Made by a program: the position numbers and the translations under genes. From Alphaproteobacteria bacterium (GTDB lineage Bacteria > Pseudomonadota > Alphaproteobacteria > Rs-D84 > JAERRO01), in NCBI GenBank assembly GCA_016735395.1, contig JAERRO010000017.1, positions 1 through 58,450 on the forward strand: DNA of 58,450 nt, read 5' to 3'. How positions within the stretch are numbered: the stretch's first letter is position 1; each line of letters opens with the position of its first letter. This document shows positions 1-8,053 of the stretch, piece by piece. The notes under the pieces were generated by a model that worked only from the letters and a program-made list of their open reading frames with translations, did not search any database and was not told where the DNA came from.

Positions 1-91
1 GATATAATGACTAAAACAGTAAATATCATTGCTTTTTATAGAAAAACAGGCTACATATATTTATAATAATAAACTTAAAAAAGGTTTAAAA

Positions 92-298
92 ATGATAGAA
101 TGTGTGAATGTTAGTTCAAGTAATATAAGACAAATATGTTTTGATAATAATAGTATCATCGTTTATTTTCATAGTGGTGGTGTATACAAATATATTAATG
201 TTTCAAAAAGTGTTTTTGATCAATTTATAAATTCTATATCTAAGGGGCAATTTCTAGATAATGTTATTAAGCCAAATTATGACTTTGTTAAACTTTAG
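92..298 (+). CDS. KTSC domain-containing small protein
   Basis: ORF 29..298. The internal ATG at 92 gives MIECVNVSSSNIRQICFDNNSIIVYFHSGGVYKYINVSKSVFDQFINSISKGQF, which matches the KTSC pattern (SSNI..I.YD...L.V.F..G..Y.Y..V....F..). It lies directly upstream of hsdS. Confidence 0.55.
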   Translation: MIECVNVSSSNIRQICFDNNSIIVYFHSGGVYKYINVSKSVFDQFINSISKGQFLDNVIKPNYDFVKL

Positions 299-307
299 GA
301 CAGAACA

Positions 308-1426
308 ATGAAATGGATTGAAACTACTTTAGGTGATGTGTGCGACAAAATTACAGATGGAACTCATTCAACCGTAATAGATGATCCTAATGGTGGAAAT
401 TATTTATTAAGTTGTAAGAACATAAAAAATGGTAGAGTTAGTTACTCTCAAAAAGACAGAACAATAAATCAAGAGACACTAGAATTCTTAAAAAGGAGAA
501 CTTCTTTAAGTCAAAATGATGTGTTAGTTTCAAGTGTTGGAACTATCGGAGAAACGGCTTATATAAAAGAAGAAAATCCTATTTATGATTTTCAACGAAG
601 TGTAGCTATCTTAAAAGGAAATCCAGACGAAATAAATTATTTATTTTTATATTATACTATGAGAGTTAATAAAACTATTTTAAAAAGTTTATCTGATGGT
701 GCAGTTCAAAAATGCTTATTTTTAAAAGACTTTAGAAGATTTAAAATACGGGTGCCGGAGAGGTTGGAGGATCAAGAGAAGATAGCACAAGTATTAAGTT
801 CTCTAGACTCCAAGATAGAACTATTACAGGAGCAGAACAAAACTCTAGAAGAATTATCTCAGGCTATATTTAAAAACACATTCTCCTCCCCTCACCCCTC
901 CTGGAAAATCAATAGGCTCGGCGACGTACTCAAAATATCATATGGAAAAACTCTACCTACCAATTGTTTCTTAGATAATGGTTATCCAGTATTTGGAGGT
1001 AATGGACAAATAGGCTGGTATAGTTCTTTTTTATATGAATTTCCACAGGTTCTAATTTCATGTAGAGGAGCTGCCTCAGGAAAAGTAAATATTTCTGCGA
1101 AAAAATCCTTTATAACTAATAATTCTTTAGTGCTTGATTTTAGAGAAAGCGCGTTAGATTATCCATTTTTAAGATCTTGGGCTACTTATAATAATTTTTC
1201 ATCTTTTGTATCTGGTTCTGCTCAACCTCAAATAACAATAGAGAGTCTATCTAGCTGTGAAATTGTAGTCCCAGACGATAAGACTATGGAGAGGTTCAAC
1301 TTGCAAGTGGAACCGATGTTTGATAAGATACTATTGAATAGCGAGCAGATAGGCACATTAGAAGCAACTAGAGATAGTTTATTACCAAAGCTAATGTCTG
1401 GAAAACTAGAACTAAAGGACTGTTAA
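308..1426 (+). CDS. hsdS: Type I restriction-modification specificity subunit
   Basis: 372 aa. Two variable target-recognition halves are separated by a conserved helical spacer (RLEDQEKIAQVLSSLDSKIELLQEQNKTLEELSQAIF). A second spacer lies at the C-terminus (TLEATRDSLLPKLMSGKLEL). The gene abuts hsdR (stop 1426, start 1428). Confidence 0.85.
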   Translation: MKWIETTLGDVCDKITDGTHSTVIDDPNGGNYLLSCKNIKNGRVSYSQKDRTINQETLEFLKRRTSLSQNDVLVSSVGTIGETAYIKEENPIYDFQRSVAILKGNPDEINYLFLYYTMRVNKTILKSLSDGAVQKCLFLKDFRRFKIRVPERLEDQEKIAQVLSSLDSKIELLQEQNKTLEELSQAIFKNTFSSPHPSWKINRLGDVLKISYGKTLPTNCFLDNGYPVFGGNGQIGWYSSFLYEFPQVLISCRGAASGKVNISAKKSFITNNSLVLDFRESALDYPFLRSWATYNNFSSFVSGSAQPQITIESLSSCEIVVPDDKTMERFNLQVEPMFDKILLNSEQIGTLEATRDSLLPKLMSGKLELKDC

Positions 1427-1427
1427 A

Positions 1428-4400
1428 ATGACAAAGTTTAAAAACCCGTTTACAGAGCAACTAATAGAAGATAGAGCTATTGAGCTATTTCAAGAGCAAG
1501 GCTATGAGTATTTGTGCGGAGATAAGATAAACCCTAATTCAAACGGAGATAGCTTAAGAAAAGATTTTGATATAGCCTATTACTTGCCGATTTTGAGAGA
1601 CTGTCTTTCTAGAATTAACGACTCTATTCCTAGCGACATTATAGAAGAAGCGATTACTGAAATAATAAAACCTAAATATACTAGCCTAATAGAAGAAAAT
1701 AAGCGAGTGTTTCAACTGATTACAGAGGGAGTAAAAGTCCCATACAAAGACAAAACCTATACAGTAAAAATCATAGATTTTAACAATGTTGATAATAATT
1801 CTTTTGTGGTATCTAACCAACTGATATTGAAAGAGCATAACAATCATAGAAGACCCGATGTATTAATCTACTTAAACGGACTTCCGATTTCTATGATAGA
1901 ATTTAAAAATCCGGCTAATGAACATGCCGACTTACAAGGTGCTTTTAGACAATTAGAAACCTATAAGCGAGAATTTCCACAGGCATTCTATTTTAATCAA
2001 ATCAACATTATTTCTGACGGTTATTTCTCTAGGGTCGGGTCAATATCATCTGGCTATGATAGATTTAACCCTTGGAGGGCGGAAGATAGCTATGACCTAA
2101 AATTTGAAATAGAAGATATTATCAAAGATCTATTCAAAAAAGAAAAACTATTAAATTATATAAAAAACTTTATAACCTTTGTTAATTTCTCCGGAAAAAA
2201 CATTAAGATTAGTGCAGGTTATCATCAAGTGCGAGGGGTTAACAACTCTCTAGTCGCGATAAAGAAGGCTATTGGTGTAGATAGAAAAGGTGGGATAGTA
2301 TGGCATTCTACAGGTTCCGGAAAGTCATTTTCTATGATGTTCCTAGCAGGATTGATTGAGAAAGACATAGATCTTAAAAACCCTACAATTCTTGTTATCA
2401 CAGATAGAATAGCTCTAGATAGTCAGTTGTATAAGACCTTTTCTAAAGGCAAAATGATTTTGGCATCTACCCCGGTGAGTATTGAAAAGTCTAGCGAATT
2501 AAAAACTAAACTAGAAGGAATACAATCAGGTGGAATATATTTTTCTACATTACAAAAATTCGGTATTAAGAAGAAAATCAAAAATGAACTATCGTTTCAA
2601 GAGTTGTCTTCTAGAGACAACATCATAATCATAGTAGACGAAGCTCACAGATCACACAATGGAATCGAAGATGGTTCTGCTAGATATTTAAGAGATGCTT
2701 TTCCAAATGCAACATTCATAGGTTTTACGGGGACTCCTATTGAAAAAGGTCATAACGACACAAGAGCTATTTTCGGCGAGGATAATGATATTTACGATAT
2801 GAGACAGTCTATATTAGACGGAGCCACAGTTCCTATTCATTACGAAGCTAGATTAGCTCAAGTAAAATTAAACACCGAAAAGGTTGAAGAAATAAATAAA
2901 CTGTTCGAAACAATAGAAGATAAAACAGACATTGAATATGCAGAAAATCTAAAGAGTAGACATGCTACTTTGGAGGCAATATTAGGTAGTAGGCAAAGGC
3001 TAGAATTATTAGCTAGCGATATTACAAAGCACTTTTCACTTAGAAAAGAAGCACTACCATTCTCTAAAGCTATGATCGTTTGTTCTACTAGAAATATCGC
3101 AGTAAAATTATACGACCAGTTAATAACCCTAAATCCTAGCTGGCATAACGACGACATTAATGAGGGAAGAATTAAAGTTGTACTATCTTCTAGTGCTACA
3201 GATACAGAAAATCTATCAAAACATAAGACATCTAATGATGATAAAAAAATTATAGCAAGCAGGATAGAAACTGAAAATGACGAATTGGATTTTATTATAG
3301 TTTGTGATATGTGGTTAACTGGATTTGATGCCCCACCAGTAAACACTATGTATTTTGACAAGCTATTAAAGGAACATAATCTTATTCAAGCCATAGCACG
3401 AGCAAATAGAGTTTATAAAGAAAAGCCAGACGGATTAATTGTTGACTATATAGGAATCCTAAGATACCTCAAAGAGGCATTAAAGATATACTCCCCTAAA
3501 GATAGAGAATATATTGGACAAGATATACGCGACGATGCTGTAAATACTATGATGACGAAAACATCTATAATAGAAGATCTTATCTTCGGATTTAATTATA
3601 AATCAGACCTTGAGAAAGCCTATAAAAATGACGATAGACAAATCTTAATAAAACTAGAAATCGACCTGTTTAATTTCATTACGAATCATAACGATAAAGA
3701 AATATTAACAAAATTTATAAAATTTACTAACGACTTACAAAAGGCATATAGTTTATGTGCTACTACAGAAGAAGCCGAAGGTATAAGATATGACTTAGTC
3801 TTTTTTGGAGCGGTAAAGGATCTACTCGTAAAAAACACCAATATATCTAATGAGAAGAAACTAAAACTAGAAGATATCAACACTCAAATAGGCCAACTAG
3901 TTTCACAATCTGTCGAAGGTGTTCAAATCATCGACCTGCTAGAACTCTCTAGTATGGATAGAAATAAGATAGATATTTTTTCTAAGGAATTTCTAGATGA
4001 AGTAAGACTATGTAAAAATCAAAATACAGCAGCAGAAATATTAAAAAAGCTTTTAAACGATGAAATACAATCGCGAGAAAAAACTAATATCATAGAGGGT
4101 AAAAACTTTAGAGATAGGTTAAACGATATAATTAAAAAATATCACGACAACCAAATAGACTCTACCCAAATGACCGAAGCCCTCATCTCTATAAGTAAAT
4201 TTATACAAGATTATGATAAAAAGAAAAATTCATTAGGACTAGATGAAGAAGAAATAGCTTTTTATACTGCATTATCAGATAATAAAAGTGCAGTAGATAT
4301 TATGGGAGACAAAAAACTAAAAGAGCTTACAAAGTCATTAGTATTTAGATGTAAAAAATCTATAAATTTCAATTTTTTAGAAAAAGAAGATGTTAGAGCA

Positions 4401-4523
4401 AAGTTACGATTTGAAGTAAAAAAGCTCTTGAGAGAATTTGGATATCCACCAGATATGGAAAAATTAGCAATCGATAATGTAGTCAAACAAAGTATGATTA
4501 TAGGACAAAATATAATATTATAG
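1428..4523 (+). CDS. hsdR: Type I restriction enzyme R subunit
   Basis: 1031 aa. N-terminal PD-(D/E)xK nuclease motif RRPDVLIYLNGLPISMIEFKNP. SF2 ATPase Walker A HSTGSGKSFSM, DEAH box IIIVDEAHRSH and motif VI QAIARANRV. Confidence 0.9.
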   Translation: MTKFKNPFTEQLIEDRAIELFQEQGYEYLCGDKINPNSNGDSLRKDFDIAYYLPILRDCLSRINDSIPSDIIEEAITEIIKPKYTSLIEENKRVFQLITEGVKVPYKDKTYTVKIIDFNNVDNNSFVVSNQLILKEHNNHRRPDVLIYLNGLPISMIEFKNPANEHADLQGAFRQLETYKREFPQAFYFNQINIISDGYFSRVGSISSGYDRFNPWRAEDSYDLKFEIEDIIKDLFKKEKLLNYIKNFITFVNFSGKNIKISAGYHQVRGVNNSLVAIKKAIGVDRKGGIVWHSTGSGKSFSMMFLAGLIEKDIDLKNPTILVITDRIALDSQLYKTFSKGKMILASTPVSIEKSSELKTKLEGIQSGGIYFSTLQKFGIKKKIKNELSFQELSSRDNIIIIVDEAHRSHNGIEDGSARYLRDAFPNATFIGFTGTPIEKGHNDTRAIFGEDNDIYDMRQSILDGATVPIHYEARLAQVKLNTEKVEEINKLFETIEDKTDIEYAENLKSRHATLEAILGSRQRLELLASDITKHFSLRKEALPFSKAMIVCSTRNIAVKLYDQLITLNPSWHNDDINEGRIKVVLSSSATDTENLSKHKTSNDDKKIIASRIETENDELDFIIVCDMWLTGFDAPPVNTMYFDKLLKEHNLIQAIARANRVYKEKPDGLIVDYIGILRYLKEALKIYSPKDREYIGQDIRDDAVNTMMTKTSIIEDLIFGFNYKSDLEKAYKNDDRQILIKLEIDLFNFITNHNDKEILTKFIKFTNDLQKAYSLCATTEEAEGIRYDLVFFGAVKDLLVKNTNISNEKKLKLEDINTQIGQLVSQSVEGVQIIDLLELSSMDRNKIDIFSKEFLDEVRLCKNQNTAAEILKKLLNDEIQSREKTNIIEGKNFRDRLNDIIKKYHDNQIDSTQMTEALISISKFIQDYDKKKNSLGLDEEEIAFYTALSDNKSAVDIMGDKKLKELTKSLVFRCKKSINFNFLEKEDVRAKLRFEVKKLLREFGYPPDMEKLAIDNVVKQSMIIGQNIIL

Positions 4524-4627
4524 AGCTATATAAATTATCTAATAATAAAGTAAAAACAGAAAACCGATTACACAAAATGTTGACTTTTTTTATTTTCTAC
4601 ATTATCTTATTGACAGGTAGGTGTTAA

Positions 4628-5149
4628 ATGAAAATTTTTGAAATCGCGAGTTATTTTATTAAACTAGCTAAAGATCAAAACGATTTTATGTCTAATATGA
4701 AGTTGCAGAAACTATGCTACTATGCACAAGGATTAAATTTAGTTAAAAATAAGACCACACTATTTGACGACAATATTGAAGCCTGGTATCACGGTCCTGT
4801 AATAAGAACATTATATGATAAATACAAGCAACACAGAGCTAGTAATATTACTGAAGAAGATATAAACTATACTTTAATCAATAACGATGATAAAAGTATT
4901 ATTAAAGAAACTCACGATAAATTTTCAGGATTTTCTGCTTGGAAGTTAAGAATGATGAGCCACGACGAGACACCTTGGAGTAAAAATTATGAAGAGGGAC
5001 TAAATAATATTATTTCTACGGATGATATATCTAACTTTTTTGCCGATGTAATGTCTAGCGAAGAGACTGGAGCCGATATAAAAAAGAAAATCTCTGACAA
5101 AATTATTAGAGAGAATAGTGAGGCTTTTAAAATATTAGCCGATAAATAA
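4628..5149 (+). CDS. Panacea/DUF4065 domain protein (SocA/GepA/PanA-type antitoxin-like)
   Basis: MKLQKLCYYAQGLNLVKNKTTLFDDNIEAWYHGPVIRTLYDKYK matches the hallmark DUF4065 core (KLqKLlYyaq...F.AW.yGPV...Y..yk). A TTGACT-N17-TATCTT promoter-like element lies upstream. Confidence 0.75.
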   Translation: MKIFEIASYFIKLAKDQNDFMSNMKLQKLCYYAQGLNLVKNKTTLFDDNIEAWYHGPVIRTLYDKYKQHRASNITEEDINYTLINNDDKSIIKETHDKFSGFSAWKLRMMSHDETPWSKNYEEGLNNIISTDDISNFFADVMSSEETGADIKKKISDKIIRENSEAFKILADK

Positions 5150-5363
5150 TTGCTATCAAAAACTTGTAGAACTTAAAGGTTCTCTAGAAAAAAATGATAG
5201 TCATATTTTTGAAAAAATCAATAAAAGCGAAATAAAGACAATTTATATATCTACTAGCAAAAGTCAATTTAAAAGTATGAATGAAAAAGCAGAAAATATA
5301 TTTTCTAGCGAGACAAGATTAGTGTTTTTTGATTACGAGACAGTTTCGTATAGTAAGGTTTAA
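5139..5363 (+). pseudogene. Start-less 74-codon open frame immediately after the Panacea gene (possible decayed partner/toxin gene)
   Basis: Hand translation in the frame +1 relative to the Panacea gene gives PINNCYQKLVELKGSLEKNDSHIFEKINKSEIKTIYISTSKSQFKSMNEKAENIFSSETRLVFFDYETVSYSKV*. There is no ATG/GTG/TTG before the ATG at 5277. Its 3' end is duplicated, with a frameshift, at 7164..7240. Confidence 0.3.
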
Positions 5364-5443
5364 TATGGATCCCTTCCGCAACCGAATCTAGACTTATCTC
5401 CATCTCTAATTTCAACTATAGTTGAATAGACATCATCTACCAT
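5284..5443. repeat. Repeat R1 copy a (convergent 3'-end module), ~160 bp, roughly 85-90% identical by eye to 7164..7324
   Basis: aaaaagcagaaaatatattttctagcgagacaagatt...ccgcaaccgaatctagacttatctcc...atttcaactatag is shared with 7164..7324. Confidence 0.85.
5360..5443 (-). pseudogene. 3'-terminal remnant of a paralog of the 7241..7912 gene
   Basis: Reverse-strand translation gives MVDDVYSTIVEIRDGDKSRFGCGRDPY*. The C-terminus of the 7241..7912 product is MADDTYPTIVEIIDGDKSRFGCGKDLF*. Only 27 codons remain. Confidence 0.7.
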
Positions 5444-5444
5444 T

Positions 5445-5900
5445 TTATTCTTCGTCCGTCTTCCCTATATTATTACTACGATTTATGAGGCGGATCTGTT
5501 TAAAGGAATTTATAAATTCTTCTTGAACTTCGTTGTATTTTTCTAAAGACGAGGTCTCTATTTTATTCCGTGCGATAGAGTTTTCTTGTTTATCTTTCAG
5601 ATCGTATATCTCGTATTTGTAAGAATAGATTTTGTCTTCATTATTTATATTATATTTTCTCTTGTAGAACCTCTCTACTTTAGAGAATTTTCCATTCAAT
5701 TTTGTCCGCACCTTTATCTCCGTTTTTCCGGCGGTCTCGTCCCCTAGACTTCTTATCTTGAGTATGTGATAACAATCTTTCATTATCTTTTCGTCTACTT
5801 GACACGGTAGAGTTATACCTAATCCAGCTTTCAATTGCCACGGAAATATCGCCAATAAAAATAGAAAGATATTTATAGATATGAAACGATTTTTTACCAT
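5445..5900 (-). CDS. Hypothetical secreted protein (signal peptide)
   Basis: 151 aa. N-terminal hydrophobic signal MVKNRFISINIFLFLLAIFPWQLKA. Preceded by an AGGAG-like RBS (aaaggagattcgcatATG on the minus strand) and by promoter module R2a. No recognisable domain. Confidence 0.5.
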   Translation of the reverse strand: MVKNRFISINIFLFLLAIFPWQLKAGLGITLPCQVDEKIMKDCYHILKIRSLGDETAGKTEIKVRTKLNGKFSKVERFYKRKYNINNEDKIYSYKYEIYDLKDKQENSIARNKIETSSLEKYNEVQEEFINSFKQIRLINRSNNIGKTDEE

Positions 5901-5946
5901 ATGCGAATCTCCTTTACACTATATTTTATATAGTACGAAGAGGCGA

Positions 5947-5981
5947 GAAAAACAAGTTTTTTTTAATAAACTTTCAAAATT
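5947..5981 (-). promoter_or_regulatory. Repeat R2 copy a: duplicated promoter module upstream of 5445..5900
   Basis: gaaaaacaagttttttttaataaactttcaaaatt is near-identical to 7066..7102. On the minus strand, TTGTTT-N17-TATATA follows. Confidence 0.55.
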
Positions 5982-6077
5982 GCAAAGAATCAGAACTAAA
6001 ATATTAGACTTTATTAAATTTGCTATGATTAAATGGTAGACAAGAAAACTATTCTAATGTTTTTAATGTATACCTAA

Positions 6078-6527
6078 TTATTCCAGCCACCTTTCTATGT
6101 TATTTTTAATACAACTATATACTTCTTGGCTATTATCACCAGTAGGATCATATGCTTTTATATCGCTTCCTTTTGGAAATGGGTCAGCTCCTTTGTGAGC
6201 TGGTGTTCCATCACTATCACTATTTTTTAAATTATGAATATAAATTCCTATTATTTTTTTATTTGAATCAATCGCAGACATTATTTCATAATTTATCCAC
6301 CTCCTACCGGCTGTCTCTGCACCGATTAAGACGACAACACAGCTTCTACCCTTCATTTGAGAATCGATCCAGTTTTGAATACTAGTGTTTCCGCCTCTTT
6401 TTATTTCTTCCCAGTCATTATCTGAAGTTGTAGAATTGCCCTCTACGACCCCCATATTTCTGACTTGAGATGCTCTCCAGGCATCATTTTCATGGTGAAA
6501 ACTATAAAAAACTTGTCTTTTAACCAT
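6078..6527 (-). CDS. TIR-like domain protein (DUF1863 / ThsB-type)
   Basis: 149 aa. KRQVFYSFHHENDAWRASQVRNMG...SCVVVLIGAETAGRRWINYEIMSAI...IIGIYIHNLKN is the characteristic DUF1863/ThsB-like TIR pattern, including the conserved Glu of W..YEI. Its start overlaps the upstream ORF's stop by 8 nt (ATGGTTAA). Confidence 0.75.
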   Translation of the reverse strand: MVKRQVFYSFHHENDAWRASQVRNMGVVEGNSTTSDNDWEEIKRGGNTSIQNWIDSQMKGRSCVVVLIGAETAGRRWINYEIMSAIDSNKKIIGIYIHNLKNSDSDGTPAHKGADPFPKGSDIKAYDPTGDNSQEVYSCIKNNIERWLE

Positions 6528-6996
6528 TATAAACTCCTTTAGTTATGGTATGTTGTTCTTGTTTAACGGGTGTAGTATAATGTAAATACAAGCTTCCTAG
6601 TATTGACAATATAATAAGTGTTAAATATAATGGAACTAAAGTCTTCGAAAAAATAAAAGATATAATACACTTTACTTTATATCTGTTAGGATTTAGATCG
6701 TATAAATTCTCATCACTTTTATTATCTATAATATCATTATACATCTTTCTATATTTTGTTTCTGTTTGTAGAAAAAAACCGTCTAAACACCAAAACATAA
6801 TTAAAATTACTGAGAGAATAAATAATGATAATTCTAACGATATAATTCTAGATAGATAAATACAAGTAACTAATACGGCTATCGCCCAGCCTTTTATAAT
6901 AAATGAGTTATGATTCAATCTCGTTATACAATTTTGAATCAAATCAATTTCTTTATGTAGAACTATAATATTCTTTCTACTTCTTTCTTTACTCAA
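6520..6996 (-). CDS. Small multi-pass membrane protein, first gene of the TM+TIR operon
   Basis: 158 aa. N-terminal helix, then TM segments FIIKGWAIAVLVTCIYLSRII and LSLFILSVILIMFWCLDGFFL. A polar loop follows (QTETKYRKMYNDIIDNKSDENLYDLNPNRYK), then hydrophobic IISFIFSKTLVPLYLTLIILSILGSLYL. No soluble domain was recognised. Confidence 0.6.
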   Translation of the reverse strand: MSKERSRKNIIVLHKEIDLIQNCITRLNHNSFIIKGWAIAVLVTCIYLSRIISLELSLFILSVILIMFWCLDGFFLQTETKYRKMYNDIIDNKSDENLYDLNPNRYKVKCIISFIFSKTLVPLYLTLIILSILGSLYLHYTTPVKQEQHTITKGVYNG

Positions 6997-7065
6997 ATTC
7001 TACCTTTTAAATATATCTAGTGAAAACACTAGAGCCGATACAACTTATGATATAGTATAAATATA

Positions 7066-7102
7066 GAAAAAAAACAAGTTTTTTTAATAAACTTTCAAAA
7101 TT
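7066..7102 (-). promoter_or_regulatory. Repeat R2 copy b: duplicated promoter module upstream of the TM+TIR operon
   Basis: gaaaaaaaacaagtttttttaataaactttcaaaatt. On the minus strand TTGTTT-N17-TATATC follows. A CTAGTG-aaaa-CACTAG palindrome (7016..7031) lies in the leader. Confidence 0.55.
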
Positions 7103-7163
7103 ATATAATAGCCACATATATGAGAAAATGAAGTTTTATCCTACTCAACCTGGTTGAATAGTA

Positions 7164-7324
7164 AAAAAGCAGAAAATATATTTTCTAGCGAGACAAGATT
7201 ATTGTTTTTTTGATTACGAGACAGTTTCACACAGTAAACTTTAAAACAGGTCCTTTCCGCAACCGAATCTAGACTTATCTCCGTCTATAATTTCAACTAT
7301 AGTAGGATAAGTGTCATCTGCCAT
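7164..7324. repeat. Repeat R1 copy b (covers the 3' end of 7241..7912 plus a frameshifted remnant of the plus-strand frame)
   Basis: See R1 copy a. The plus-strand remnant reads KAENIFSSETRLLFF* because of an extra T. Confidence 0.85.
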
Positions 7325-7912
7325 AGTATCTTGACATTTTCCGGCAAATAATTTTATTATCATATCACTCCCTCTAATTTTCATAGTAGAGGTAAGTTTT
7401 TCTTGATCATTTACTATGTCTACGACGGTGTATATATCTTCTGTAGTCATGGTTTTAATTTTCAGGTTATTTTTACTACCTTTAGTATATTCTAGCACCC
7501 ATCCTGGTTCGTTACCTGTTGCTCTAAATGCTACACCGTTAAATTTGGCTTTATCCCATACAGTCTCTCTATAATTTTTAGAGCAATTTTCCCAGGCTCT
7601 TCTCCCGACAGCTACTTTCAGTGTCTCTTTATTATAGTTTATAGCTAGTTTGCCATCACTATAGAGATTTTCGTCTACCTCTATCCGTTTAGTCCCGTCT
7701 TTAGTAAAAAACCATTTACCGTTATTATCGACAACGACAACGACTTTCCCGTAATGATTACAGTTAAAAACATTAACTTCTCTTTCGGATGTTAAATTTT
7801 CATCTTCTTTTATATAACTAGAGATAATAAAAGACAGAGAGATAGCTATTAAGAGACCTGCGAAAATCATAAATATTTTTATATAGTTGTGAGAAAAAAA
7901 GTTGTTCTTCAT
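7241..7912 (-). CDS. Hypothetical membrane-anchored/secreted protein (GNEPGW motif, COG3650-like C-terminal half)
   Basis: 223 aa. N-terminal TM/signal IKIFMIFAGLLIAISLSFIISS. FRATGNEPGWVLEY resembles the GNEPFW motif of COG3650-type lipoproteins. Confidence 0.45.
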   Translation of the reverse strand: MKNNFFSHNYIKIFMIFAGLLIAISLSFIISSYIKEDENLTSEREVNVFNCNHYGKVVVVVDNNGKWFFTKDGTKRIEVDENLYSDGKLAINYNKETLKVAVGRRAWENCSKNYRETVWDKAKFNGVAFRATGNEPGWVLEYTKGSKNNLKIKTMTTEDIYTVVDIVNDQEKLTSTMKIRGSDMIIKLFAGKCQDTMADDTYPTIVEIIDGDKSRFGCGKDLF

Positions 7913-8053
7913 GGAGTCTCCTTCGAGTAAAGTTTAACAGTTATTATTCAAGTATATGATGTAGAATAAGAAAAGCAAGATAAAATTTTATACTGTAGCA
8001 AGTATTTTTTGACATTAAAGTAAAAACAGATACTATATAATACAGGAGAAATA

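Noticed and set aside
1-307. Apparent absence of hsdM from the type I R-M locus
   Set aside because: The window starts just upstream of hsdS, so hsdM may simply lie outside it (the usual order is hsdM-hsdS-hsdR, possibly with the KTSC gene inserted). This cannot be judged from the window.
2858-4486. Antisense ORFs inside hsdR (2858..3361, 3686..3883, 4262..4486). Similar shadow ORFs lie opposite ligA, fabI, argS, rpoD, accC, the ABC transporter, the nozzle gene and others.
   Set aside because: They lie entirely within strongly supported genes on the other strand. They have low-complexity Ser/Leu/Phe/Ile-rich translations typical of antisense frames in AT-rich DNA, and they lack RBS or promoter context.
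4546-4560. Exact 15-mer TAAAGTAAAAACAGA shared with 8016..8030
   Set aside because: It was noted under the helicase finding. On its own, an A-rich 15-mer in ~30% GC DNA is weak evidence for a regulatory site without genome-wide counts.
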